Source: Mobula hypostoma (taxonomy: Eukaryota). Taken from it: 64,000 nt of DNA. The notes beneath the pieces were generated by a model that ran no database searches, was not told the DNA's origin, and saw nothing but the letters and a program-made list of their open reading frames with translations. The position numbers and the translations under genes are program-made. The stretch is taken from NCBI RefSeq assembly GCF_963921235.1, contig NC_086097.1, positions 137,208,001 through 137,272,000 of the forward strand. Reading direction: 5' to 3'. This document shows, piece after piece, positions 12,844 to 26,060 of this stretch (position 1 is its first letter; the number at the start of each line of letters is the position of its first letter).

Positions 12844-14284
12844 CATCCTCACCCAGTCTTCCCTGTATGTGACTGTGGACATCACCAAGACTCTAGTCTC
12901 TTAACTGTTCAGCAAGCCACTCATTGAGAGGCAAAGAGCAACTGACAATAATGTCAGTCTCCCTTTGATATCCCAATCCTTTGAATTAATGTAATGAAGT
13001 TTCCAAGAGAAGAATTCTTAAGTTTGTAAAGTGCACGGCTGCAGAAAGAACTCATAAATTCTACCCTGGGAATTTCATCTTGCCAAGAAAGAGTGACCTT
13101 TGTTTTCCTCCAGAGTCACAATAGACTGCAGATACTGGAGAAATTCAGTGTGCTGGGCAATGTAAGGACTTGCTCCTCACAGATGTTGCTTGAGTTCCTC
13201 TAGCAGTTCTCTAATTCGTCTGGCCCCATATCAAAGTGTGCAGCAGTTACTGTTCATCCCAAACCTGACCTCTGTTCAAAGCATGAGGTTGGAAATCGCT
13301 ATCTGTGTCATCACTTAATACATCCACGGGATGTTCTGTGACGCACTCTCTTAATAGAGGTTCTTATCTGTCAGAAATTAATCAGCTTAGAGTAGTGACT
13401 ATCATGTTTCCACCATTCAGATGGATTCAGTTTCGAAACCCTGGGGAGAACATTGCTGAAATCTTGTGCAGAAAAGTTTTATGAGAAGAGAGTTCCAGCG
13501 ATAAAGGATTTCAGCTCCAGTGCCAGACAGAAGAAGATTGGGGTGTTCTCCTTCGAGCTAAAGAGAAGTAAAATTAGAGTGTACAAGATCATGCTTGGTT
13601 AGGGCAGGGTGAATAGAGGGAAGCTCCTTCCATCGATGGATAGTTCGAAGACTGAGGGTCAGATTTTAAATGGAGGTTAACAGACACAGAGGATGGAGGG
13701 GGGTGTTGTGAGAGCCAGGCCAGCAACCTACTGCCTTTTTTATATTTATTCAAGGGATGTGGGCTTCATAGCCTAAGCCTGCATTTAATTGTCCACCACT
13801 AGCTACCCTCGAGAAGGTGCTGGTGATTTGCCTTCTTGAGCCACTGCAGTCCTTGAAGTGTTGGTACTCTGCTTCACAGAGTTAAGACTCACTCCCAGTA
13901 GTGCAGCCTAAGGGCTTCACCTTCCAGCCTGTGGACCAGGCCGCAGCACTGGACAAAGGCAGAAGCAGCTGTGTTTGCTTCATGGTAAACTCATCGTGGT
14001 GCACTGTCTTGACATATTCTGACTCAGTCCTGCTCCCACAACCTGGAACATCTGTCAGTCAAGTGTTATTCCTGCTATCTGCTGACCGAGGTCTTTGTGC
14101 ATTCTGGCAGTGGCATATATTCCATGCCTCACAAACATCAAGCTGGCACAGGAAGAGATGAACACTGATCAGCAGTCACAAAACAACACACCCCAATGCC
14201 TTTCCAATCATCACGGGGGATTTCAACCAGGCCAACTTGAAGAAGTCTTCAAATTGCAGATACTGGACAACTTATGTCATGGGT

Positions 14285-14675
14285 AAGTTTTCCACAGAAA
14301 GTGGTGGGTGCGTGGAATGCACTGCCGGCAACAGTGGTGGAAGCAGATACAATAGGGTCTTTTAAGAGCCTCTTATACCCCATACACACTACAACGGCCA
14401 ACCGGTGTTTTCAGATTTAAACACTCTGGAGAGTGTTTCAGAAAAGCTCCGTTTTCGGGGGAGGAAAACGTCGTTTCAATGTGGACGGAGGGTCAAAACG
14501 AAGAGAAAGAGCTTCGGTTACGGATTTATCCAGTCTAGTGTGGACGTAGCCTTAGATAGGTACATGGAGCTTAGAAAAATAGATGGCTATGCGCTAGGGA
14601 AATTCTAGGCAGATTCTAGACTATGGGCCAAAAGGCCTGTAATGTGCTGTAGATTTCTATGATCTGTGTTCTGTG
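14285..14675 (+). mobile_element. CR1 3'-end fragment nested in Rex1
   Basis: RKVVGAWNALP-like coding remnant and ggccaaaaggcctgt...ttctatg 3' tail. Confidence 0.7.
14376..14551. mobile_element. PIF/Harbinger-type MITE nested in the CR1 fragment
   Basis: TTA TSD on both sides; right TIR TAGTGTGGACGTAGCC and degenerate left TIR (..CCCATACACACTAC). Confidence 0.7.
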
Positions 14676-15796
14676 TTCTGAGTCTCTGACAGACTACAAT
14701 CAATATGTCACATGCAGAACCAGAAGAGTCAACACACCGATCACTGTTACACCACCATCAAGAACACTTACCATATCATCCCGCATCTGCCCTTTTGTCA
14801 AGTCCAATCATCTGGCTATACTTCTACTCCCAGCATACAGACAGAGACAGAGGACCGCAGCATCAGTGGTGAGGACTGTGCGGGTATGGTCAAGGGAGGC
14901 CCGAGGACCACTTACAGGACTGTTTTGGTAGACTCGACTATATTCAAGGATTCATTTTTGGATCTGAATGAATATGCCACAGCTGTCACTGACTTCATCA
15001 AAACCTACCTTCAAGAAAGTACCAAGTTGTCCACAATCTGAAGCCTTGGATGAAGCAAGGGATTTGCGTTTTGCTGGTGGCTAGCACTGTGGCACCCAAG
15101 ACTGGCAATCCAGGATCGTACAAGAAGTCCAGTCACTACACACAGAAGGCCACCATGAGAGTGAAAAGGCAATTGCGTGTGAAGTTAGAGACACAATCGG
15201 ATGTACATTTCCTGCTGCAGGATTTGCATTCCATTTCTTCCTATAAGGCGAAACTTAACAGCGTGAATGGAAATGATGATTCACCCCTGATGAGCTCAGT
15301 GGCTTCCATGCACACTTTTATAGGGAGAATAACACTACACCTGTGCAAATCCCCACAGCATTCAGCAGCCCTGTGATCTCTGCCTTGGAGGCTGATATCA
15401 GAACATCCTTCAAAGGGAGTGAACCCTTGCAAGGCATCAGGCCCCGATGGAAAAGCTTTTTCCGACCAAACAACTAGCGTGTTCAAGCACGTCTTCCAGC
15501 TCTCTCTACTGTTGACTGAAGTGCCCACCTGCTTCAAAAGGACAGCAAGGAGACCAAGAAGAGCCGGGCCAACCGTCGCCCAGTAGCACTTACATCTACA
15601 GTGATGAAGTGCTTTGAGAGATTGGTCATGGCTAGAATTAACAATTGCCTGAACAAGGTCCTGGACCCATTGCAATTTGACTATTGCTACATCAGCTGCA
15701 ATCTCTCTGGCTCGCTGCTCTGCTTTGGAGTGCAAAACATATGTCAGATTTCATCAACTACAGCTTGGCATTCAACAGTATCATCTCCCCAGTATT

Positions 15797-16458
15797 AGAT
15801 TATGAGAACACTCAGTCCTTTTTTATTGTCATTTAGAAATGCATACATGCATTAAGAAATGATACAATGTTTCTCCCGAGTGATATCACAGAAAACAAGA
15901 CAGAGCAAAGACTAACACTGACAGAACCATATAATTATAACATATAGTTACAGCAGTGCAAAGCAATACCATAATTTGATAAAGAACAGACCATGGGCAC
16001 AGTAAAAAAAAACTCTCAAAGTCCCGAGTCCCCATAGCAGGTGGCAAAAGGGAGAAACTCCCTGCCATAAACCTCCAGGCACCGTCAACTTGCCGATACC
16101 TTGGAAGCAGCCGACCCCAGCCGACACCGAGTCCATCCGTCCAAAAACTCCGAGCTTCCGAGCAGCCTCTCCGATATAGCCTCCTGAGCACCATCCTCTG
16201 CCGAGCGCCTTCGACCTCTCCCCGGCCACTGAAACACGCAAAGCCAAGGATTTTGGGGCCTTCAGCTCCGGAGATTCCGGTTACCACACAGAAGCAGTGG
16301 TAGCAAAGCAGTCATTTCAGAAGTTTTCCAGATGTTCTGCTGTGCTCTCACGTCCGTCTCCATCAAATCAGGATTGTGCACGGTCCCTTACTTGACAAAT
16401 AACAGATATTCATCACCGAAGTGGCCGCGTGAGCTGTCGTCACACCGCCATCTTCTCG
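15797..16458 (-). mobile_element. AAGATGGCG-head/(AATCT)n-tail element, copy 2 (diverged subfamily)
   Basis: Shares both ends and internal blocks with 9672-10302 and 24912-25560. Confidence 0.75.
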
Positions 16459-16612
16459 GTTTCAAAGCCGAGCCTCTCTATCTCCCTCTGCAACTGGATC
16501 CTCAACTCCCTTGTTGGGAGACCACAGTCAGTGCAGATTGATGATAACATTTTGTCTTCACTGACAATCAGCACAGGCGTACCTCACGGATGTGTGCTTA
16601 GCCCTCTGTTTT

Positions 16613-17442
16613 TGTCACGGTCCAGTCCGTGGATTCCATACTCCGGTTATTCCATTTTTCCCTTGTTCTGTTGGATGCCTTAATTGAGGCACCTAATTCT
16701 CATTTTGGGCTGGCAACATAATAGCCCTGGGGTCCAGTGATTCCTTGCTGGATCATCCTCGGCAATAACCTCGCCAGAATCCTTGCCGGAGCGGGTCCAT
16801 CAAGTTAACCCACCGGAGTGAGTCAAGAACCCCTGTCTGTAGTTCCAACGCCTAATCAAGGGCTTGCCGCTACTTGGAGCATGTTTGTGTCAAGATAAAG
16901 GTCAGTCTATCATTGTGTGGTTTTGTCCCTTCATGTCCTCATCTCCGCCAGGTAGGTCTGGCCGTTTGCCGCTACCTTGAGTTGGGAACTGTCTCTTTGT
17001 GTCCTTGCCTCCGCTGGGTAGGTCTGGCCATTTGCCGCTACCCTGAGGGAGGAATGGTCTCAGTGTTCCATGTCCTGTGTCTAAGAAGAGTCCCCTGCTC
17101 TATATTCTGTGTCCAAGGAGGAGCCCCGGCTCAGTGTTCCATGTCCTGTGTCTAAGTCAAGTCTGAGCCTAGTCCAAGTCGAGAGTCAAGCTCCGAGTAC
17201 AAGTCGAGAGTCAAGCCCAAGCCAAGACCCAAGTTCCGAGTCATGAGCTGAGTTCCCTGTCAAGTTCTAGTCCCAAGTCCAAGTCCAGGTTTTCCGGTTT
17301 GTCACTCTACGTCTAAGTTCATGTTATCATTTTGTCCTTGCTCCTTGGCTTTCCTAGCATTCTTAATAAACATAGTCCAGTTCCTAGTACTTTAGTGTCT
17401 GTGTCTTGCGTTTGGGGCCGCTACCAACGCCCCCTTATGACA
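16613..17442 (+). mobile_element. Solo LTR, 830 bp
   Basis: TGTCA...TGACA termini, 5-bp TSD GTTTT, AATAAA near 17365, internal short repeats (caagtcgagagt); the host Rex1 frame (CVLSPL..SLY.HDCV) resumes afterwards. Confidence 0.88.
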
Positions 17443-18709
17443 GTTTTACCCTCTCTACCCTCATGATTGTGTGGATAATCGCAGCTCAGGCACCATCTGT
17501 AAATTCTCTGATGACACCACTGTTGTTGGCAGAATTTCAGGTGCTTATAAGGAGGCGGACAGGAGTGAGTTAGATCAGCCATTGCAAAAACAACCTTGCA
17601 CTCAATGTCAGCAAGACCAAGGAACTGACTGTGGACTTCAGGAAGGGGAAATCAGGAGAAAACGCACCAGGCCTCATTGAGGTCAGGCGTGGAAAGTGGG
17701 AGCAACTTCGAGGTTCTGGGTTTCAACATCTTCAAGGATGTGTCCAACATGTTAATGCAAACAAAAAGGCATGCCAGCGGCTCTACCTTGTTAGGAGTTT
17801 GAGGAGATTAGGTATGTTACCAATGACTCTTGCAAATTTCTATAGCTGTGTGGTCGAGAGCATTAAGATTAGCTGCATCACAGCCTGATATGGAGGTTCC
17901 GACACACAAGATTTCAAGAGGTTGCAGACGGTTGTAGTCTCGTCCACCTCCACCATTTCAAGAAGGCAGCATCCACCATCAAGGACCATGACAATCCAAG
18001 ACGTACCCTCTTTTCATTACTACCATCAGGAAGGAGGTACAGAAGCCTGAAGACCCACACTCAATAATTCAGGAACAGCTCCTTCCCTCCTGCCCCCTTC
18101 AAATTTCTGAACGGTCCATGAATCCATGAACATTACCTCATCATTACTGGAGCTGCCCCCAGTGCAACAGCTTTTCCACTTTAAAAGTTCTTCCCCACTG
18201 TGATTGCTGGATACAACGGACAGCCACAAATAAACTTGATTCTGATTCTAACCTTTTAGAGAGAGAGGTCAAGATTTCTACCCAATGACAGTGAAGAAAC
18301 AGTGATATACAGTTCTTCCAAGTCAGGATAGCGTGTGGCTTGCAGGGCAGCTTCCAGGTGGTGAAAGTCCCTCTGCTTTTGCTGCCCTTGTCCTTCTAGC
18401 TGGTGGAGGTCATGGCTTGGAAGGTGCTGTCCAAAGCATCTTCAGCAACTTATCAAGACGCCCTTGGCAGCAGCTTCCAACCCATGCGTCCAGGCTGTAT
18501 ATCACTGGTAAAGTGTGTGAATGATTGTGATGGGGAGCCTATCCAGCTGGCTGCTCTCCCTGCCCTCATCCAGCCAGTAGAGAGTGCACGACCACATTAC
18601 CGACTTGAGCCTTGTAGATGGTGGACAGGTTTTGGGGAGCTGAGAGGTAAGTTACTCAATACAGAATTCCTAGCTTCTGACCTGCTCTTGTAGCCACCTT
18701 GTGCATATG

Positions 18710-20470
18710 TCATAGAGAAGTACAGCACAGAAACAGGCCCTTTGGCCCATCTAGTCCATGCTGAAATCATTTAAGCCGCCTGCTCCCAATTATCTACACC
18801 AGGACCATAGTCCTCCATATCATTACTATCCACGTAACTATCCAAATTTCTCTTAAACATTGAAACTGAGCTCATATAGACCACTTGTGCTGGCAGCTAA
18901 TTTCACACTCTCATGGCCACCTCCGTGAAGAAGTTTTCCCTCATGTTCAGAAAGCTGAAACAGGCCAAGCTCCCACAAAAGCTGTTGCTTATCTTCTACA
19001 GAAGCACAATTGAAACCATCCTGACCAACAGCGCCACCGTGTGGTATGCCAGCTGCACAGCCGCTGAGCGACAAGACCTGCATCGCGTGGTGACGACGGC
19101 CCAGCGAATTGTCAGGATGGAGCTCCCAGGACTGGACACCATCTACTCCAGCAGACTCAGGAGGAAAGCAACCGGCATAACCAGAGACACCACACACCCC
19201 GGCCACTCCCTGTTTGACCTGCTGCCGTCCAGCAAAAGGTTCAGGACACTAAGACCCAGAATAAGTAGACTGAAGAACAGCTTCTATCCCAGAGCTGTGG
19301 CCTCCATCACACCACTCCCACAGAACAATGACTGAAACTGTGAGCACACACATGTACACACAAGGACTCAAATACTTGCACTGACGGCACTTTGTGCAGT
19401 ACTGTGACATTCTGGCGCTGCTGCAACTTATTTTCTGCTACTTATCCATTTAATACTGTTTTCCTATTACTATCTTGTTTTTATCTACCACTTTATTTAA
19501 TTGCCTGAGAGGAAGCCAAACAGAGTTTCATTGTACCTATGTATAATGACAATAAAAATAATTCAATTCAATTAAACATCTCAGCTTTCACTGTTAAGCC
19601 ATAATCTCTGGAGGCAGCCCCATCCAATCTCACTGGAAAAAAACTGTCTGCATTTATCCTATCTATATCCCTCATAATTTTGTATATTTCTATCAAATCT
19701 CCTCTTAATCTTCTATATTCCTACCCTACTCAATCTTTCCTTAGAATTTTCCAGACCTGGCAACATCCTTGTAAATTTTCCTTGAACTTTTTCAACCTTG
19801 CTTATACACTTCCTGTACTTAGGTGACCAAAACTGCATACAATATTCCACATTAGGCCTTATCAACATCATATAGAACTTCAACATAACATCCCAAAACA
19901 TTGATCTATCAAGGCCAAAGTGCCAAAAGCTTTCCTTACAACCCTATCTACCTGTGACGTCACTTTCAACGAATTATATACCTGTATTCCCAAATCCCTT
20001 TGTTCTACCACACTCCTCAGTGCCCTGCCATTCACTGTGCAAGACCTACCCTGATTGGTCCTACCGAACTGCAAAATCTCACACTTGTCTGCATTAAATT
20101 CCATCTGCCATTTTCAGCCCATTTTTCCCACTAATGCAGATCCCTCTGTAAGCCACGATAGCCTTCCTCTCTCCACTACATCCCAAATCTCGGTGTCACC
20201 TGCAAATTTGCTGATCCAGTTAACCACATTATCACCTAGATCAGTGATATAGATGACAAACAATAAAGGACCCAGCACCGATCCCTGCGGCACACCACTA
20301 GTCAAAGGTTTCCAATCAGAGAGGAATCCATCTACTACCACTCTCTGGCTTCTCCCACAAAGCCATGTCTAATCCAGTTCACTACCTCATCTTGAATGCA
20401 GAGTGACTGAACCTTTTGGACCAACCGCCCATGCCGGGCCTTCTCAAATGCCTTATTAAAGTCCGTGTCA
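18710..20470 (-). mobile_element. CR1 ORF2 3' part, split by a Rex1 3' fragment
   Basis: LTSGVPQGSVLGPLLF, MEFNADKCE and RPNVEYCMQFWSP motifs on the minus strand. Confidence 0.85.
18945..19572 (+). mobile_element. Rex1/Babar LINE 3' fragment
   Basis: FYRSTIETILT..VWYA, HPGHSLFDLLPS, RLKNSFYPRA motifs; (ATTCA)n tail. Confidence 0.8.
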
Positions 20471-21057
20471 ACTTCAGGCCAGTTACTGGTCAATGGCTCT
20501 CATCAAGACATTGGCAGTGGGGGATTCATCGATTGTAACATTGAATGCCAGGGGGTGAACAGTGTATTTTCTCTTGTTAGATATCAGCATTGCCTGACAC
20601 TTGTGCGGGCTGAATGTTACTTTGCCACCCACCAACCCCCTAGGCCCAGGATATTGTCCAGGTCTGACTTCACTATTGTGCAATTATCAGAACGCCCATA
20701 CTTCTGACCTTATGAATCAGGGAAGGTCCTTGAAGAAGCAGCAAAGATGGTTTTGGATACAGAGCCAATCTATGCCTTTGAAATGGAGGTGGATGGGTTC
20801 TTGAGCGAGAATGATTAGCAGAGGTACAGGGAAAGAATGGTGTCCAGGGAACAAGATTTGACCTGGTGGCCTCCATCTGTGTCCATTTAATGTCCCAGCC
20901 TGGAAATCGGGTGATTCTGAACCTGTACAATGTGATGAGAGGCAAATAATGGCCGGGAGTCTGACCAAGGCACCACCAGATGCCTTACTGGTTGAGGTGC
21001 ACCCAGCACTGAGTCTGCTGGCTACATTACCTAAGATCTCCCTCTGACCTGTTTAGA

Positions 21058-21262
21058 ATCTGGCACTTACTCCACAAGCAACTGTTCCCACAATCCCAGA
21101 CTCCACAGTAAGTCTCAATAGACCTCACTGGCTTTTAAAATCCGGCACTTAAAACTCCACAAGCAACTGTTCCTGCAGTCGCGGTCCCCGCAGAAAGTCC
21201 CACTAGGCCCCACTCGCTTTTTAAAAACTGGCACTTAAAACTCCATAAGTAACTGTCTCCAC
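21058..21262. repeat. Degenerate ~83-bp tandem repeat, about 2.5 units (possibly a LINE 5'UTR monomer array)
   Basis: ggcactta(aaa)ctcca(c/t)aag(c/t)aactgt recurs three times. Confidence 0.6.
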
Positions 21263-21599
21263 AATGTCAATTTCTCTTTAAGAAGTTAACTCACAACTGA
21301 CTGCATCAGACCAAATGTAGAGAAATGTAACACTGTGACCAAGTCCATCCGGGGAAAGTTACGTTATGCAAATGTTCACAAAAATAAACTTTCCCTGCAG
21401 GAACAGTCTATTCAGCCAAGCTTCCTCAGACAAGTGGTGATATTCCACATGATCCCCTCCCAACCCTCATCAGCCCATGTCCCTTCTCCTTCAAATTCAT
21501 AATGAGTCTTTCTTAAAACCACTCCTGCTACTCCCCTCAGTCACCCTCTGAAACTTCTAAGTTTATTATTAAAGTGGGTATATGTTACCATTTACTACC

Positions 21600-22390
21600 T
21601 TCAGATTCATTTTCTTGCAGGCCCTTAAAGGGAAAAAAAGTAATTTTTTTATACGAAAATACTATACATAAACAAAGATTGATAAATAACCAATGTGCAA
21701 AGAAAGACCAACTGAGTGAATAAAAATAATACTGAGAACTTGAGTTGTAAAGAGTTGTAGAATCAGTTCAGAGTACTGGTGAGTGGAGTTATCCACGCTG
21801 GTTCAGGAACCTGATGGTTGGAGGGTAATAACGGTTCCTGAACCTGTTGGCGCAGGACACAAGGCCGCCTGATGGTAGTAGCGAGAAGAGAGCGTGGCCT
21901 GGAAGGTAGAGATCTATGATGATGGATGCTGCTTTCTTTTGGCAGTGCTCCATGTGAGTATACCCAATGGTGGGGAAAGCTTTGCCCGTGATGAGCTGGA
22001 CTGTATTCACCACTTTTCGTCGCCTTTTGATAGACCTGGGACAGATCCTTTGTTATGTCAATACAAGGGAATTTAGGGCTGCCGACCCTCTCCACCTCCA
22101 AGCCCCTAATGAAAACTGCTTTATGGACTTCCCGCTTCTTCGATCATCAGCTCTTTGCTGTCGCTGACGTTGAGTGAGAGGTTGTTGTTGTGGCACCCCT
22201 CAGACAGTTTGTTCGATCTCCCTCCTATGTGCCAATTCATCATAATATTTAATTTGACTGACAACAGTGGTGTTGTCTGCAAATTTAAAAGCGGCATTGG
22301 GGCCGTACTTAGCCACACAATCATGGGTCTAATGTGACTAGAGCAGGTAACTAAGTTCACAGCCTTGTCATGCACCTTGCGTTGATGGTA
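21600..22390 (-). mobile_element. Rex1/Babar LINE fragment
   Basis: KKAASIIIDLYLPGHALFSLLPSG...RFRNRYYPPTIRFLN; FADNTT-like RT remnant. Confidence 0.7.
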
Positions 22391-22934
22391 AGGAGATATT
22401 GAGGAGGAGTGTGGAGGAGGAACCTGGAAGGGAATTTCCCTTCTTGGGGAAAGAAACTGCTCCTGAATTCCTTAATTAATGTATTAGTGACTCTCTTATA
22501 TCTACAGTTCCCAGCTCCGAGGCAGCCACAAATGCAAATGTTTTCTCCAAATAATCTTTTTTTTAGCTCTTTTACTATCTTAAAGATTAAGATAATCTAT
22601 TTAGGAGAAAGGGGCACAAAGTGTTCAATTTTTCTGCCTTTCTGTTCAAGTACAAGAAATTAATTCATTTAAGAATTTAACCTCTTGCCTGAATTGGTTG
22701 GGAGTGAGGTTGAAGCAGGTTGTGTGAGTTATGTAGTATGAAGGGTAGGTGGGAGGATTTAAAGGAGCAAGCTGGGCAGCTGGTAGAGCCACTGTGTCCC
22801 AGCTCCAGCAACTCGCAAAGCAATACGATATAGGAGCTGAATTAGGCCACTCAGCCCATCGGGTGTGCTCTGCCATTCATTCATGGCTCATTTTTATTTT
22901 CTGTCTCAGCTCCCTTAAAGTCACAGAGTCATAG

Positions 22935-23490
22935 AACACTGTCAGATCTCACCTCAATCTTCTACACTCTGGGGAATAAAGTCCTGACCTATTCAAACTT
23001 TCACTATAATTCAGGTCCCCAATAAACCTGATTAGGTCTTAAACTATTTCATCATAACATTCCAATTCCTGTACTCAATACATTGATTTAAGAAGGCAAT
23101 TGTGGACCTGTATTCCCAGACCCCTTCTGTTCTACCACACTCCTCAGTGCCCTACCATTGACTGTGTAAGACCTACCTTGGTTGGTCCTCTCAAAGTGCA
23201 ACACCTCACACTTGCCTGCATTAAATTCCATCCGCCATGTTTCCAGCTGATCCAGATCCCTCTGCAAGTTTTGAACATCTCCCTCACTGCCCATTTCACC
23301 CTCAATCTTGGTGCCATCTGCATATTCACTGATCCACCTCACCACATTATCATCCAGATCATTGATATAGGTGACAAACAACAATGGACTCAGCATTGAT
23401 CTCTGTGGCACACCATTAGTCACGGGCCTCCAGTCAGAGAGGCAACCATCCACTGGTTCTTCTCTCTGGCATCGTCTGCGAAGCCAGTGT
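22935..23490 (-). mobile_element. CR1 RT fragment
   Basis: SDWRPVTNGVPQRSMLSPLLFVTYINDLDD...YADGTK. Confidence 0.8.
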
Positions 23491-24309
23491 GGAATTTACA
23501 CATTCTTCCTGTGATCCTTTCCTGTTGAGTTCAGGCATCCTCTTATGTCTCAAAGACACGAGGGTTAATGAGTCATTAGGCGCCTATAAGTGGCCCCTAG
23601 TGTGTAAGGGGGTGACTGAAAATGGGGAAAGTTGATAGAGATGTGGGGAGAATAAATAGGATTCGTAGAGATGGATGTTTGAAAGTTTGCACAACTCAGT
23701 GGGCCGAATGACCAGTTTTCATGCTTCCATGAAGGAATCTTTTGACCCACTTTGGAAAAATAATTCAGGATAGATCTGTCCTGCAGTTCTAAATGAACAA
23801 GAGAAGGTATGGAATGGCTGGTGAGATATGCTTAAATACGCTGACAGGAATCTCTCTGCCCTTGGGATTCAAACATCCATTAGTGTTGTGGGACTGTTTG
23901 CCGAGAGGAAATTTAAAAAGTAACCATCACTCCACAATACATAGTGATATTAATAAAGCCTAGTCCATTATCGGTACTGGTTCCATTAGAATTGTTTATT
24001 TAGATAGAGGCCAATGTAACTGTCAATATATCCCTATATCAGAGAGATTCGAAAGGCTGGGATTGCTTTTATTAGGAAAAAGAGCGTTCAGAGGATATTA
24101 ATTAGAGGATTTCAACATTAGGTAAATGTTTGATAGAGGAAATATGAGAAAAAATTTACACAGACAAGAATCGAAAAGCAAATAAACTGCCCATGACCTA
24201 AACTGAAATAGAAACAGAAAACCCAGGAAGTACTCAGCTGGTCAGGCAGGAATGGTAGAGGAAGTGACAGAGTTAATACTGCAAATCAATAACCTTTCAT
24301 CACAATCAC

Positions 24310-26060
24310 ACCAAGTCAGGTTTATTGTCATTTAACTATATACATGTATACTGTCAAACGAGACAATGTTTCTCCGGGCCAGAGTGTAAAGCACTATAGT
24401 ACACATAACACATAGTAACTTATGAAAGTAGGATGGATTCTATAGATGGATTACACATAAATTAACAAACTAAAGTACATAAATTAAGTTTTATAAGGTT
24501 CAGAACAGATTAACCGGTGAGACTTCAAATTCAATGCGGCAGGGAGTTCAGACGCCTAATGGCCTGCAGGAAGAAATTGTTTCTGATCCTGACCGTTCTT
24601 AATTTTATACATCATAGTCTCCTGCCTGATGGTAGAAAGTCAAAGAGGATGCTGGATGGATGGGTGGGATCCAATATAATACTAAGGGCCCTGCTGCGCA
24701 CGCAGCGTTTCTGATAAATGTCCCCGATGGATGGTAGGGAGACCCCTATGATCCTCTCAGCTGTTCTCACAGTCCTTTGTAGGGAATTCCGGTTCGATGC
24801 TCAGCTGCTCCCATACCAGGTGGAGATGCAACTGGTCAGGGCGCTCTCAATGATGCTCCTATAAAATTCAGTTGAAGTGGTGGGGGAGGGGGGAGCCTCG
24901 CTTGCCTCAAAGGCGGGAGGAGAAGATGGCGGCGCGACGCAGCGCGCACAGCTCTCCGGTGAAATGATATCGTATTTGTAAGTAGGACGCCGTGCACAAT
25001 TCTGATTTGATGGAGACAGACACGAGAAGCACAGAGGAACATTTGGAGAAACTTCTGAAATGCCCGGTTCGCTGCCGCTGCTACTGTGCGATCGAGAATC
25101 TCCGGAGGGAAGGCCCCAAAATCCTCGGCTTTGCCTGCTGCTGACGGCCGGGAGTGGAGTCGAAGCGCTCGGCAGAGATGGTGCTCGGTACTCGGTGTCA
25201 GAGGGCTGGTCGGAGGCTCGAAGTTTTCGGACGACTCAGAGTTGGACTGTGGTCGGGCATGGCAGGGAGAGTTTTCTTCCTTCTCCCATCTGCGTGAGTT
25301 GTGGGACTTTCGAGAGACTTTGAACTTTTTTTTACCGTGCCCATGGCCTGTTCTTCATCAAGTTATGGTATTGTTGCACTGTTGTAACTGTATGTTATGA
25401 TTATGTGGTTTTTGTCAGTTTTTCAGTCTTGGTCTGTCCTGTGTTTTTGTGATATCACACCGGAGGAATATTGTATCATTTCTTAATGCATGCATTACTA
25501 AATGACAATAAAGGAGGACTGTATGTCCTCATAATCTAATAATCTAATCTAATCTAATCTCTTTAGGAAGTGGGGACTGTGCTGGGCCTTGTTCAGGGAG
25601 ATGATATTAAGGGACCAGGGTGAGGTCATCCGTGATGTGAACTCCCAGGAATTTGGTGCACTTAACTCTCTCTATGGAGGAGCCACATATTCGCAGAGAG
25701 GGATGGTTCATCTGCACCTCCCTGTAGTCCATAGTGATGTCCTCGGTCTTCCCCACATTCAGACTTAGATCGTTGTTCTTACACCACTCCACCAGCCAAT
25801 CCACTTCCTCTCTATTCTCCAATTTATCACTGTTGTTGATGAGGCCAACCACTGTTGTGTCATACGCAAACTTGACATGCTCTGAGCTGAATCCTGTGAC
25901 ACAGTCATGCGTCAGCAATGGGTAAGCACACAGCCCTGGGGAGTGCCAGTGCCCAATGTAATGGGGCCCACACGGACTGACTGGCCTTTAGTTCAGAAGT
26001 CCAGGATCCAGTTGCAGGGGGAGATGTTGAGACTGAGCAAGGGCAGATTCCCCACCCGTT
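24310..26060 (-). mobile_element. Rex1/Babar LINE RT-to-3' fragment, interrupted at 24912-25560
   Basis: THDCV...KFAYDTTVVGLI...KFLGVHITDDL. Confidence 0.8.
24912..25560 (+). mobile_element. AAGATGGCG-head/(AATCT)n-tail element, copy 3 (CpG-rich, young)
   Basis: Starts GGCGGGAGGAGAAGATGGCGGCG and ends GACAATAAA...(AATCT)n. Confidence 0.8.

Larger units (their letters stand above)
14090..18125 (+). mobile_element. Degraded long Rex1/Babar LINE (APE endonuclease to RT to 3' end) carrying four nested insertions
   Basis: AYIP...[45 protein letters not shown] and KKACQRLY motifs occur in order across the insertions. Confidence 0.8.
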
